A DNA stretch of 63,823 nucleotides, filler included, from an uncultured Rhodopirellula sp. (GCA_964007735.1; 3 parts of 3 records of this genome joined end to end with filler, not necessarily neighbours in it); one strand, 5' to 3'; shown: positions 9,450-19,822, numbered from the whole stretch's first letter. Notes: a model not told the origin generated them from the letters alone. A program made the numbers and translations.

Positions 9450-10848
9450 ATACTCGTACTTCCTCAGCATTTCTGTTCTTATTACTTCTCTTTTGAACGC
9501 CGGCTTTGCGTCTGCTGAATGCCTGGAAGAAGTTGATTTACAAAGATCGTCAAAGAGCGAGGCCAAACGCGTAATGCGCGGTTACCGCTTACTGGTAGAT
9601 ACACCTTTGCTCCAAAGCGACTTTTCGCAGGAAGTTTTCGATAACTTATGGAAAGTCTGGCCAAAGACTCTAAGCGAACGGGCTCGTTTGGCTTCGGCTG
9701 ATGTTCGTCGGAAGATGGCGTTCTCAAGGTACGGACTTACCCCGCGTGAAGACAATCCCGAAAAACCCCTTCAATACGTGGTAGATTCCTCAGGTAACTG
9801 GACCATGAATTGCTTTGCCTGCCATGGAGGTACTGTCTACGGAAAACCTGTAGCCGGAGCCCCCAACAATCGTTTGGCATTACAAACTTTGACCGAAGAA
9901 GTCCGACAAACAAAACTCCAGCTTGGAAAGCCTCTGTCGCGAATGGACCTCGGCTCACTCGTAATTCCTTTGGGGACAACAAACGGTACCACCAATGCCG
10001 TCGTCTTTGGCATGGGGCTAATGAGCCAAAGGGATGTCAATCTAAATGTCGTATTTTCTCCACCGAAAACTTTCGTCCACCATGACATGGACGCGCCCGT
10101 CTGGTGGACGTTTCACAAACGCCCTAACCTGTACATTGATGGCTTTGCCCAAAAAGGACATCGAGGATTGATGCAATTCCTAATGATCCCAGAGAATGAT
10201 CGAAACTTTTTCATCGAACACGAGGACGATTTTCGAGATGTCGCATCGTATATTTCGTCATTGAGGGCTCCGAAATACCTAGGCGACATCAATGAATCGC
10301 TTGCCTCAAATGGCCAGGTTGTTTTTGAAACTAATTGCTCCAAGTGTCATGGAACTTATGGCGAGACCCCCTTCTACCCCAATGTGCGTATTGACTTAAG
10401 CAATATCGGAACCGATCCTGTGCGTCTCCATGCTCTCGAAGTCGCAGGGCGCCGCAAATATTCCCGCAGTTGGTTTGCTCACGCTAATGAGGAAGGGGAG
10501 CAAGAGACCGTCGTTGATCCGAAAGGTTACGTTGCCCCTCCGCTGGATGGCATTTGGGCTTCAGCACCTTACTTACACAACGGTAGCATTCCGACACTTT
10601 GGCACCTTCTCCATCCTGATAAACGACCAGATATCTGGAAACCAAAGGGCGAAGAGTTTGATGAGAAATTAGTCGGCCTCAAAATCAAAGAGGTAACAGA
10701 GATTCCCTCAGCTGAACCTGATGCCGCGATTCGCCGAAGTTATTTTAATACGGGGATTTCAGGGAAAAGTAATGCTGGACACGACTATCCTGCGATCCTG
10801 ACGGACCGCCAACGCGAAGCGCTATTAGAGTATCTAAAGACACTGTAG
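9433..10848 (+). CDS. Secreted dihaem c-type cytochrome, RoxA/MauG-motif family
   Basis: Signal peptide; two CxxCH motifs (CFACH, CSKCH); IGTDP; YVAPPLDGIWASAPYLHNGSIPTL; C-terminal GKSNAGH...LLEYLKTL. Confidence 0.85.
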   Translation: MMVMARYSYFLSISVLITSLLNAGFASAECLEEVDLQRSSKSEAKRVMRGYRLLVDTPLLQSDFSQEVFDNLWKVWPKTLSERARLASADVRRKMAFSRYGLTPREDNPEKPLQYVVDSSGNWTMNCFACHGGTVYGKPVAGAPNNRLALQTLTEEVRQTKLQLGKPLSRMDLGSLVIPLGTTNGTTNAVVFGMGLMSQRDVNLNVVFSPPKTFVHHDMDAPVWWTFHKRPNLYIDGFAQKGHRGLMQFLMIPENDRNFFIEHEDDFRDVASYISSLRAPKYLGDINESLASNGQVVFETNCSKCHGTYGETPFYPNVRIDLSNIGTDPVRLHALEVAGRRKYSRSWFAHANEEGEQETVVDPKGYVAPPLDGIWASAPYLHNGSIPTLWHLLHPDKRPDIWKPKGEEFDEKLVGLKIKEVTEIPSAEPDAAIRRSYFNTGISGKSNAGHDYPAILTDRQREALLEYLKTL

Positions 10849-10907
10849 GCTGAGAGTCTCTCGAACAAACCTGTTGAGATTAACCGGCCCGCACAAAAAC
10901 CAACTTT

Positions 10908-12128
10908 TCAGGCATTCGCAGCGAGAGCTTCTTCCACGGTCAAACTCCACGTGGGAAATGGATCGTCTAACCCTTTCCAAGCTTCAATTCCTTCCGCAAC
11001 TTCCGCGTCAGTCAACAAGCATTGCTCTAGAGAATCACAGATGGCAGCCTCGTTCATGCCAATGCCGATGAAGACCAATTCCTGACGGCAATCACCCACC
11101 TCCGGATCCCATTTCTTTTCCATCTCCGCCTCAATGACTGGCGAGTCCGGCCAGTGTTCGCGGGGAACCGCTGCCCACCAAAACCCACCAAAATCCAAAC
11201 GTGCAACGCGCCCGGCCTGTGACCACACGCCAATTTTATCCAGCCGACTGGCCAGCCAGAAAAAACCTTTACTGCGCAACACACCCTCCCAGTCTTGGTT
11301 GAGCAGGTCATAGAAACGTCCTGGATGAAATGGAAGCCTTGAGCGATAGACAAAACTGGCAACACCATATTCTTCGACTTCGCTTGCTCCATCATCTCGC
11401 AAGGTAAGCTGCCATCCCTTACTCTGCTTAGCTATCTCGAAATCAAAGCGGCCCGTACCCATAATTCGCGACGGTTCTATCCGTCCAAACGTTGAACGTA
11501 GTTTGAGAGCATGCGGGTTCAAGTGCTCAATGAATCCGTCTATCGTTGCCAATGTATCTTCATCAATAAGATCTGTTTTATTTAGAACAATGACATTGGC
11601 AAATTCGGCTTGTTCCGTCAAAAGATCTGCAACTGTCCTCGGGTCATCCTCTGTGGCTGCCTGATTCATGCTCTTCAAATCCTTCCCAATACGAAGGTCT
11701 TCTAAGAAATTCGCCGCATCCACAACAGTAACCATCGTGTCGAGTTCGGCAATTTCAGAGAGAGGGGTACCATCACCGATTGCGAACGTAAACGTATCCG
11801 CGACAGGCGCGGGTTCGGAAATACCTGTCGACTCTATTAACAGATAATCGAATCGTCCTTCGGCCGCCAGGTCTGCAACTTCCGCGAGCAGATCTTCTCG
11901 CAGCGTGCAGCAGATACAGCCATTGGTCATCTCGACAAGCTTCTCTTCTGTTCGACTTAACGACGCCTCACCACCCACGATCAGCTGCGCGTCGATGTTG
12001 ACCTCACTCATATCGTTGACGATGACGGCAACACGCAAACCTTCGCGATTTGCCAAAACATGGTTAAGAAGCGTGGTCTTTCCAGCTCCCAGAAATCCGG
12101 AGAGTACCGTGACAGGTAGTTTCTTCAT
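10908..12128 (-). CDS. COG0523 (CobW/YciC/ZigA-type) G3E metallochaperone GTPase, copy 2
   Basis: [67 protein letters not shown]. Confidence 0.95.
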   Translation of the reverse strand: MKKLPVTVLSGFLGAGKTTLLNHVLANREGLRVAVIVNDMSEVNIDAQLIVGGEASLSRTEEKLVEMTNGCICCTLREDLLAEVADLAAEGRFDYLLIESTGISEPAPVADTFTFAIGDGTPLSEIAELDTMVTVVDAANFLEDLRIGKDLKSMNQAATEDDPRTVADLLTEQAEFANVIVLNKTDLIDEDTLATIDGFIEHLNPHALKLRSTFGRIEPSRIMGTGRFDFEIAKQSKGWQLTLRDDGASEVEEYGVASFVYRSRLPFHPGRFYDLLNQDWEGVLRSKGFFWLASRLDKIGVWSQAGRVARLDFGGFWWAAVPREHWPDSPVIEAEMEKKWDPEVGDCRQELVFIGIGMNEAAICDSLEQCLLTDAEVAEGIEAWKGLDDPFPTWSLTVEEALAANA

Positions 12129-12784
12129 TAGTTCCCCTTAGGTATTGTGTAGAGTTTGAACAAACTATTTAGTGGCTTGCTCCTGCGGTTCCAGGCCTGA
12201 CTACTAAGAAATTGCCATGCTGCCGACATTTTGTCTGCTCTAACGAAAGGACGAAGCCATGTTTCTACGGTTTCATCGCGATAGCTTCGGCCACCGGCTT
12301 CTTGTACCCAAGCTTCATAGTCTCCGATCCAGCACAACAAACTGGACCAGAGCGCCCGAGCACGCTGCCATTGCGACCTCCCTTTTGGCCTCGCAAATGC
12401 CGGTAGTTCTTCGGGCCAGTGAATCCCCTCAGCTAGCGACTCAATCGGGGCCCATCCCGGACGGAAGTCGAAACGGTTCACATAAAGGCCTCCAAGATCT
12501 CGTCGTCCGAAAAACATTCCAAATCCCCACAAGGACACATGTAACTCGTCCCGATCCAATCGGTAGCACGTAGACTGAGGATCGAACTCGCAGTCTCGAT
12601 GGCGATCAAAGCCAAACGCCATCAACAAGTTCCCTTCAGGACGCTCCACGTCTCTCCCCCAACACCAGAGTTGCTGCTCCATTAACCGACCTCCGAATCG
12701 CAAAACCTGTTGGGGCATACACCACCCCTGTCCAGCGCGGGCCGATTTACGGCCAGGATCATTTCCCTTGGCAGAATCAATCAC
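12128..12784 (-). CDS. Conserved hypothetical protein, 'WCWGRD-RPEGN' family, paralogue B
   Basis: [18 protein letters not shown]; aligns over its full length with the upstream ORF. Likely GTG start at 12784, 1 nt after the upstream stop (alternative ATG 12718). Stop overlaps the next ATG (TAATG). Confidence 0.8.
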   Translation of the reverse strand: MIDSAKGNDPGRKSARAGQGWCMPQQVLRFGGRLMEQQLWCWGRDVERPEGNLLMAFGFDRHRDCEFDPQSTCYRLDRDELHVSLWGFGMFFGRRDLGGLYVNRFDFRPGWAPIESLAEGIHWPEELPAFARPKGRSQWQRARALWSSLLCWIGDYEAWVQEAGGRSYRDETVETWLRPFVRADKMSAAWQFLSSQAWNRRSKPLNSLFKLYTIPKGN

Positions 12785-12785
12785 G

Positions 12786-13412
12786 TTACTGGCCTCTGTC
12801 CGAGTCACCGTCCGGGAGAACAGATCGAAAATCCGCAGCCATTTCAATACCAAGCAAACGCCACTCCCGAGGCATATCCTCCGCCAGGATGATCGGGCGT
12901 TCACCATTGTCCCACTGAACCAATGTTGACCGTCGATATCCAACCCCTAACAACTCCGCGATATTTACTTCGTAACTTCTTATCCAATCAATCAGATCTA
13001 ACGTCAGTGCAGCGCAACTTGCTAGTTGCCGTTGCGTAGGTGGATTCATGTCTGGCAGATCAGCATACAACCAAGGCTGAGTGTCCAATCTTGCGACCTT
13101 GGTATACTGCGGACGAAATTCATAACGAGGCAGAAAAACACCACCCAGCCGACGGTCCCCGTAAAACACACCAAAGCCACGGAGCACGACAACCCTGTCA
13201 CCGGGCAATTCAAGTGAATAAACACTCGAACATTCATCATGACCTTCAGGCGGTTCAATTCGGCGGAAACCGATCTCTTGCAGGAAATTGCCCTCGGGGC
13301 GAAGAATATCTCGTCCCCAGCACCAGATCTCCTGGCTCAATAGAAGAATCCCGCGATCAATGAGGTCCCGGTCCGAAATCAGCGAATGGTTTCCTAGAAG
13401 TCGCGCGAGCAT
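12786..13412 (-). CDS. Conserved hypothetical protein, 'WCWGRD-RPEGN' family, paralogue A
   Basis: QEIWCWGRDILRPEGNFL; start placed at ATG 13412, 1 nt after the upstream gene's TAA. Confidence 0.8.
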   Translation of the reverse strand: MLARLLGNHSLISDRDLIDRGILLLSQEIWCWGRDILRPEGNFLQEIGFRRIEPPEGHDECSSVYSLELPGDRVVVLRGFGVFYGDRRLGGVFLPRYEFRPQYTKVARLDTQPWLYADLPDMNPPTQRQLASCAALTLDLIDWIRSYEVNIAELLGVGYRRSTLVQWDNGERPIILAEDMPREWRLLGIEMAADFRSVLPDGDSDRGQ

Positions 13413-13413
13413 T

Positions 13414-13692
13414 TTAATGATTCTTAGCTGGCATGGCAGATGCAATATTTGCCAGCAGCCAAGAAGATGCAGCACACAGCTGCAACCAATCACCACTGGA
13501 AGTGATTCCGTAAACAAACACGCTGCCTATCCAGCAAAGACTAGCTAGTGTTTGCCCCAGCCATTCCACAGAGAGGATTTTTTCAAACCGTTTATCCGTT
13601 TCGTTGGAAGATTCCACTTTAGTTTCAACGCCGCTTGGCATTGTTTCGTCAGCAACTTCGGTGGAATACTGATTATCATTGACGGTCAACAT
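13414..13692 (-). CDS. Small two-helix membrane protein
   Basis: Acidic N-terminus followed by hydrophobic segments WLGQTLASLCWIGSVFVYG and WLQLCAASSWLLANIA; ATG at 13692 overlaps the end of the oxidoreductase gene. Confidence 0.7.
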   Translation of the reverse strand: MLTVNDNQYSTEVADETMPSGVETKVESSNETDKRFEKILSVEWLGQTLASLCWIGSVFVYGITSSGDWLQLCAASSWLLANIASAMPAKNH

Positions 13693-14816
13693 GTCGCACA
13701 CTCCTCACCACAGCAGGAGAGGTCATCCAAATACATTCCCCAGATACGATATTTCTCCAGTTCCTCTGCCGGCAAACCCAGCGACGTGGCTATGGCTTTT
13801 GCCACAACCGCAAAGCGTTGGCGAAACTTATAGATAAAACAAAAGACCTGACTATCATGACGAACCGTTGGCCCGCAGAGAAACATACCCGGGACGATGG
13901 TCGATTCATCGTCCTCGCTTAACAGTGGGAACCCATCATCACGTTTATCAAATAAATCCGCGACCAACTTGTGACTTCCATCAAACCCGCCAGCCATCAA
14001 CGGCGGTACAGGAGATTGAAATTTCTTTCCGTCAAGGGTAGTGACTTCATACAGATCGTCCAATTGCGTCACGGATTGAATCGGAGTATCCGGGTATAAC
14101 TCCACATTCTCCTTAAACCACTGCTTCCGCATTCTTTCCGCCGAATACGTGGACAATGCAATACTCGGATCGGAACTCTCTTCTTTCCAAGGACAGCCCT
14201 TGTCAAATAATCGCACACGTTTCCCCCGCTGGGCAAGGTGGTATGCTGCATCGACACCACTTTCATAGCCACCCACAATGAGGAAATCGTCACCGTCAAG
14301 CTTTTTATAGCTGGGAATGGTTGCCGTATGGCGACAGAGTTCGATACCATCAAAACCTTTCAAACGCGGATACTGAAACTCACCGGCTGCCCAAATCACG
14401 TGTTTGGCTCGTAGCGTATTCTCCGCTGTATCTACAACAAATTCGTCGCCAATTTTCGTGACTCTCTTGACGTCCGTATTCTCTTGCAGGGGCAATTCGA
14501 AATAACTGGCAACACCCTGCAGGTGTAATGCAAATTCCGGACCCGTGGGATGTTCAACCTCCAGACTGTAGGCCGGCGAAACCCCTATGGCAATGGAGTT
14601 CAAATCCAACATACCAACAGAATTAGTTGGGAAAGATGGGGTTATAAATCTTGTTTCCGCAGGCCATAACGCGAAGGAGGAACCGACAATGTGTCGTTCC
14701 AGCACAACAAAATTCTCGATGCCCGCATGCCTCAGAGCAATCCCTACTCCCAGTCCTGCTGCGCCGCCACCCACAACAATGACGTCATATTCGGGTGTAT
14801 TCGATGATGTATTCAT
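13686..14816 (-). CDS. NAD(P)/FAD-dependent oxidoreductase (Pyr_redox_3 / CzcO-YpdA-like) with Cys-rich tail
   Basis: [47 protein letters not shown]-terminal [17 protein letters not shown] overlap with the upstream GTPase. Confidence 0.9.
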   Translation of the reverse strand: MNTSSNTPEYDVIVVGGGAAGLGVGIALRHAGIENFVVLERHIVGSSFALWPAETRFITPSFPTNSVGMLDLNSIAIGVSPAYSLEVEHPTGPEFALHLQGVASYFELPLQENTDVKRVTKIGDEFVVDTAENTLRAKHVIWAAGEFQYPRLKGFDGIELCRHTATIPSYKKLDGDDFLIVGGYESGVDAAYHLAQRGKRVRLFDKGCPWKEESSDPSIALSTYSAERMRKQWFKENVELYPDTPIQSVTQLDDLYEVTTLDGKKFQSPVPPLMAGGFDGSHKLVADLFDKRDDGFPLLSEDDESTIVPGMFLCGPTVRHDSQVFCFIYKFRQRFAVVAKAIATSLGLPAEELEKYRIWGMYLDDLSCCGEECATC

Positions 14817-16069
14817 AAAACGTTATCCTCTGTTTCAATTTCCACAGGCTGCATGGGGTCTTCGTACTTTTCCCATACCGCCGGTCCCTGAGCGAACTCA
14901 TCGTCCGTTAACAAACAGTCGTCCAACATCGACTCAATACGATTTTGATCTAACTGTTGACCTATAAATACTAATTGCTGCTTGCGATCTCCATATTCAC
15001 CAACGAAGTTGGTGCGGATCTCAGCTATCTGATCTTCGTCTTCCGGCCACTCTTCATCAGGAGCGGCTGCCCACCAATATCCTGCCGGATCCAAACGGAT
15101 CGAACACCCCGCATGAGACCAGTCAAAAGCACAGTCATGCCGCGATGCAAGCCACATCAACCCCTTACTGCGAAGAATTCCGGCGAAGAAGCCTTCATAA
15201 AGATCACCTTTCATAACGAGATCACTCAATCTCTTGGGATGTAAAGGGCGTTCACGGCGATAAACAAAACTGGAGATGCCGTACTCTTCCGTCTCAGTCG
15301 GCTCTTCTCCCCGGAGCTCGGCTAGCCAATCCGGCATAGTCTCTGCCTCAGCCAACTCAAACCGATTGGTTCCCAATATCTCCGATAGCGGGACGCGACT
15401 CTCGGTCGAGTGCAAGACGACAGCATTCGGATTCAACTTCCTGATAATTCGATCTAATTGTTCAAGCTCATAGGGAGTAAGGAGATCCGTCTTGTTGATG
15501 ACAATGACATTAGCAAACTCGACCTGCTCAACCAACAAGTCAACAATATTACGATCGTCTTTGTCATCTAATCCCATTTGTCGATCGGTTAACTCATCCC
15601 ACGAACCAAAATCTTTCATAAAGTTTCCGGCGTCGACGACAGTCACCATCGTGTCTAACTTAGCTAACTCCGAGAGACTTTTCCCCTCTTCATCTTCGAA
15701 AGTGAATGTTTCCGCAACAGGCATCGGCTCACTGATACCTGTCGATTCAATCAACAGATAGTCAAACCTACCCTCACCAGCCAACCTCGCCACTTCCACC
15801 AGGAGATCCTCTCGCAAAGTGCAGCAAATACAGCCATTGGTCATCTCAACCAACTGCTCTTCGGTTCTAGATAGCCCCGCGCCGCCGTCACGTACTAAAG
15901 ATGCATCAATGTTGACTTCACTCATGTCGTTGACGATTACCGCAACACGCATTTCTTCCCGATTGTTCAGAATATGGTTTAGCATCGTGGTCTTACCCGC
16001 ACCAAGAAAGCCACTCAGTACCGTCACTGGCAGCCGAGATGGATGCGATGAGGATTCAGTCTTTCCCAT
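14813..16069 (-). CDS. COG0523 (CobW/YciC/ZigA-type) G3E metallochaperone GTPase, copy 1
   Basis: [65 protein letters not shown] 6 nt before ATG 16069. Confidence 0.95.
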   Translation of the reverse strand: MGKTESSSHPSRLPVTVLSGFLGAGKTTMLNHILNNREEMRVAVIVNDMSEVNIDASLVRDGGAGLSRTEEQLVEMTNGCICCTLREDLLVEVARLAGEGRFDYLLIESTGISEPMPVAETFTFEDEEGKSLSELAKLDTMVTVVDAGNFMKDFGSWDELTDRQMGLDDKDDRNIVDLLVEQVEFANVIVINKTDLLTPYELEQLDRIIRKLNPNAVVLHSTESRVPLSEILGTNRFELAEAETMPDWLAELRGEEPTETEEYGISSFVYRRERPLHPKRLSDLVMKGDLYEGFFAGILRSKGLMWLASRHDCAFDWSHAGCSIRLDPAGYWWAAAPDEEWPEDEDQIAEIRTNFVGEYGDRKQQLVFIGQQLDQNRIESMLDDCLLTDDEFAQGPAVWEKYEDPMQPVEIETEDNVL

Positions 16070-16170
16070 GAGCAACTCCAATAGTTAGTTCGTCAAAAAT
16101 AGAAACGGTCTGGGCTTAAAAACAGGTGTCAGCTGCATCGTAACTGGCTTTAAGCTAACCATGAACATAT

Positions 16171-16202
16171 TGCAATAAGACTACATTTGCAATCGTTTTG
16201 CA
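16171..16202. promoter_or_regulatory. Tandem TGCAA-N5-TTGCA operator-like boxes (putative Zur/Fur-family sites)
   Basis: Perfect-arm palindrome TGCAATCGTTTTGCA (16188-16202) and degenerate TGCAATAAGACTACA (16171-16185), about 100-130 bp upstream of the COG0523 operon. Confidence 0.6.
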
Positions 16203-16410
16203 TCAAGGGGCTTGTGGTAAATTTCCACACAAACCGGTCGTTTTAAGTACGTATTCGCCAATGACTGATATCTTGCGAATGGGCGACAAGAGCGGACGCC
16301 AATCTCGCTTGCCGCTGGGCTGGCTAATATTTTCATTGCGTCACGCAGGAGTTACAATCATCAGTGAACATGCATCACCACTAACCGAATTCAGGCAGGA
16401 CACGAATCAT

Positions 16411-17661
16411 ATGAAAACGTTTTTTGGAATCTCACTTTGCTTTATGTTCTTCATCACCACTTGTGATTCAGTCCAGGCTGAAAACTGGACGCGGTTTCGG
16501 GGCCCGTCCGGCCAGGGAATTTCAAACGAGACAAAGCTGCCCGTCACATGGTCCGCAACGGAAAACATCAAGTGGAAAACGGATCTGCCAGGCAAAGGAT
16601 GGTCTTCGCCCATTGTTTTTGAAGATCATGTATTTATTACAGCATCCACTGAAGAGGGTGTCTCGTGCCAGGTAATCTGCATTAATCGCAAAGATGGAAG
16701 CATCGCCTGGAAAACAGAAGTTCACCGGCAGAAACCAGGTCCGATGAGGAAGCAAAACTCATATGCCACGCCAACCCCCGTCACTGACGGTAAACATATC
16801 TATTCCGTCTTTTATGATGGTACGATCATCGCCGTGGACTTCTCCGGCTCCATTGTCTGGAAAAACAGCGAAGTAGAGTTTTTCAGTCTGCATGGTCTCG
16901 GCGCATCACCGATCTTGGCTAACGGCCAGGTTATCATGCCGTTCGACGGCAGTAGTCGCGAGGACACTCAGATTGGGTGGAAGGTTCCCTGGGAAAAAGC
17001 CGTTATCCTCTCGCTTGATGCCGAAGATGGCTCAGTGCGTTGGAAAGGTGAGCGCGGTAAATCACGTGTTGGTCACGTCACGCCTATTCTCGTCAACAAT
17101 GACAGTCAGCTCATCAGCGCGGGAGGCGACCGCGTACAGGGATTCCATCCATCCACCGGCAAACGCATTTGGTCAGTCTACAGTCAGGGTGAAGGGGTTA
17201 CACCGTCACCGGTTTTTGGTAATGGGCTAATCTACACATCGTCCGGCTTTGAGGCTCCAACCCTGCGGGCCATTCGGTTGGGTGGCAAGGGCGACGTGAC
17301 CAAATCTCACATCGCCTGGGAGCAAAAAAGTGGCGTGGCAGCTCTCTCGTCATTGTTGTTTATCAAACCTTACCTTTACTCAATTTCACGAGACAACATT
17401 CTCCATTGCCTTGAGGCTTCATCCGGCAACATTGTATGGCGGCAGCGACTTTCCGGCACCTACTCGGCTTCACCTGTTTATGCCGAAGGACGCATTTATC
17501 TTCTGTCTGCTGAGGGAGTAACGTTAGTGTTGCGCCCCGGATCAAAATACGAAGAAATTGCGAGCAATGATATCAGTGACACCTGCTATGCTTCGATGGC
17601 AGTATCACAAGGCAACTTCTATATAAGGTCGGCCCAAAGCCTATTTTGTATCGGCAATTAG
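16411..17661 (+). CDS. PQQ-binding-like (BamB-like) beta-propeller protein
   Basis: Signal peptide then ENWTRFRGP, GWSSPIV, NSYATPTPVTDG, YSASPV; start at ATG 16411. Confidence 0.9.
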   Translation: MKTFFGISLCFMFFITTCDSVQAENWTRFRGPSGQGISNETKLPVTWSATENIKWKTDLPGKGWSSPIVFEDHVFITASTEEGVSCQVICINRKDGSIAWKTEVHRQKPGPMRKQNSYATPTPVTDGKHIYSVFYDGTIIAVDFSGSIVWKNSEVEFFSLHGLGASPILANGQVIMPFDGSSREDTQIGWKVPWEKAVILSLDAEDGSVRWKGERGKSRVGHVTPILVNNDSQLISAGGDRVQGFHPSTGKRIWSVYSQGEGVTPSPVFGNGLIYTSSGFEAPTLRAIRLGGKGDVTKSHIAWEQKSGVAALSSLLFIKPYLYSISRDNILHCLEASSGNIVWRQRLSGTYSASPVYAEGRIYLLSAEGVTLVLRPGSKYEEIASNDISDTCYASMAVSQGNFYIRSAQSLFCIGN

Positions 17662-17775
17662 TTCTCCTGACGGCCCAGCTGCAAGCTTATCCGCCGAGGT
17701 ATGCCAAGCTTGTATACCACATCACGGACTTAGGATTGTTTGTTTTTGACATCTCAAACTAAGGAAAAGTATCTA

Positions 17776-18195
17776 ATGACACTTGAATCTCTTTTATTCT
17801 TTTCTTTAGTGATCATTTTTTGCCACCAAGTGGCCGCCTTGATTATTTGGTCGATCCTGGAGGCTTTAACTACGAACTTTCGTTTTCGAAAAAATACCCC
17901 TTCGACGGCGTTGGTGAACAGATACCCCTGGTTCATTTCTTTTCTCTTGTCCGTAGCGCTGACATTACCAATTGCGATGCCCGGTTACCCTGTCCCTGAT
18001 GTGGGAAACTACGGGCTCATGCTGTCAAGGTTTCTTTGGGTCGTACAGGGAACGGTACTTTTCAGCCTCTTTTACTGGGTTCGTTTCATAACCGCGCCAA
18101 ATCTCAAGGGACTTTTCTTGGCAATTGCCGGGATGCTAACGTCGGCTGCTGGATTTGTCTTTTTGCTTTACGTAGGCGCAGCAAGCCCGTCTTAA
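17776..18195 (+). CDS. Hypothetical membrane protein (about 4 TM helices)
   Basis: Four hydrophobic segments; ATG at 17776. Confidence 0.65.
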   Translation: MTLESLLFFSLVIIFCHQVAALIIWSILEALTTNFRFRKNTPSTALVNRYPWFISFLLSVALTLPIAMPGYPVPDVGNYGLMLSRFLWVVQGTVLFSLFYWVRFITAPNLKGLFLAIAGMLTSAAGFVFLLYVGAASPS

Positions 18196-18657
18196 CGTTC
18201 GCATTAGCGATTCAACTTTTTCATAAAAGACCTCTTTCCCGACAGAGCATCCTGGCACCTTAAGAAGTTTGCCATCCGCTGAGTTATAAAAAACCCACAA
18301 CTTCGCACTTCCCTTGAATTTCTACAGCAATATGCCGGAAGGGGAGCGCTGAGGCGTCCATACTTCTCTAGCGGCATTTTAGCATTGGTCTGAAGAGGGC
18401 TCTCATCTAAAAAAAAGATACTCCGTCTGGCAGTAGGTTTCTTACAAACGCCCAACGTCCCTTATTTTTCGCACCTCTTCAGCTTTGACTAACACGACCC
18501 ATCAAACGCCCAAAAATAACTGGAGGCTCTACAAGATAAGGTGCCTAGGAACTGGGCGTCGGGTGGTCATCGCAGTAAAGAGGTAGAGCGGGTGCATGAA
18601 ACGGCGATCCTTAATATCTTGTATTTCATTTCTTCTACCGAATCTATTTGCACTCAA

Positions 18658-19437
18658 TCACTTCAACACCTCGTCTTTTGAGGATGCTGAATCGATCGAC
18701 GTAACGGTAAGGATAGTTCGCTTTGCGATTTCAACTCCCTTCTGAAGACGAACCGACCCGGTTACCACAACGCGTTTACCATTGAGTCTCTCCGCCGTTG
18801 AACCAAACAACTTTTCTTTCCGCAGGTCGAGTTCCCATGTTGTTTTACCGAAGCGAATGGTAGTGCCCGTTGTCTCGCCGCCTATGGCAATAATACCATG
18901 TGCTAATGTACCGCGGACTCTCACCTCGATTGCCTTCCCGTTGACCAAACTATCCAGTGGCAAATTAGCGGGCCTCCACTTGCCGTTCTCTTTGATTTCC
19001 AATGCGTTGCCAGTTTTATCCTCTACCGGCTGCCCGTTGATACTACATTTGACGTTCGAGCGGACAACGAACACCTTGAAGTGTTGACGGAGATCCCGCG
19101 TGCGACCGCGTTGGTAACTAAAGCGGATCTGTTCAGGAAAAGACTCAAGCACAACGTACGGAAGACGGTCTTGGCCTGATCCACGCCAAACAAAAACCAG
19201 AACTTTCTGTTTGCTAAAATTGACCTCATTTTTTAGAGCCGCCGAGCTTTTAACATCGAAATAGATTGCGGCTTCGTCTTTCGACCTTATCATCAACGGT
19301 TTCTGCACGCCACCCAGATTGGATGAGGAGATTTTTAGCTTTAGTCCCTCAATTTCCTTGATAGGTGCGTCAGCCCAACTCGCTGTAGTGGAAAACAATA
19401 ATAGGAAGGTGAAAAACAGTCGCAGTCTTGTGGGCAT
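18658..19437 (-). CDS. Secreted two-domain hypothetical protein
   Basis: Signal peptide (ASWA-D); N-domain VNFSKQKVLVFVWRGSGQDRL (PrcB-C-like); C-domain GIIAIGGETTGTTI...WELDL...GKRVVVTG (OB-fold-like). Confidence 0.75.
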   Translation of the reverse strand: MPTRLRLFFTFLLLFSTTASWADAPIKEIEGLKLKISSSNLGGVQKPLMIRSKDEAAIYFDVKSSAALKNEVNFSKQKVLVFVWRGSGQDRLPYVVLESFPEQIRFSYQRGRTRDLRQHFKVFVVRSNVKCSINGQPVEDKTGNALEIKENGKWRPANLPLDSLVNGKAIEVRVRGTLAHGIIAIGGETTGTTIRFGKTTWELDLRKEKLFGSTAERLNGKRVVVTGSVRLQKGVEIAKRTILTVTSIDSASSKDEVLK

Positions 19438-19822
19438 GGAAAAGCTCCTAAGTAATGATCATCCCGAATATACTTTTTTGACGCACGCGGTGGTAGTGAA
19501 GTTCCTTCTATCGTAACTTTTTCAATCGTTTGAAGAAAACATGCCGAAGAAATTACCGGCTCGGAGGGAATCCGTACTAATACCTCTGAAAAACCGGACC
19601 CTAATCCCCAGAAACTGTCCTCAACCACCAAAACCGAAATAATCCGAACAAACCTTTTCACTCCACTAAAAGAACCGCGAAACCCGATGCTACACGATAA
19701 TTTAATAAAACATTAGTCTCCCAACGGCCGTCAATTCGATAAACCAGACTGCACCGCAGCCGTCGTTAAATTACGCTGTTGGTGCTTTCCAGCCGTTGTT
19801 GAATCATGGACAGGACAAAACA

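Noticed and set aside
10908..16069. Cobalamin biosynthesis (cobW) or nitrile hydratase activator locus
   Set aside because: No cob genes or nitrile hydratase subunits are adjacent, and the sequence motifs fit the YciC/ZigA-like branch better.
18196..18657. Intergenic stretch as an IS remnant or small gene
   Set aside because: No terminal inverted repeats, transposase motifs or convincing ORF could be seen.
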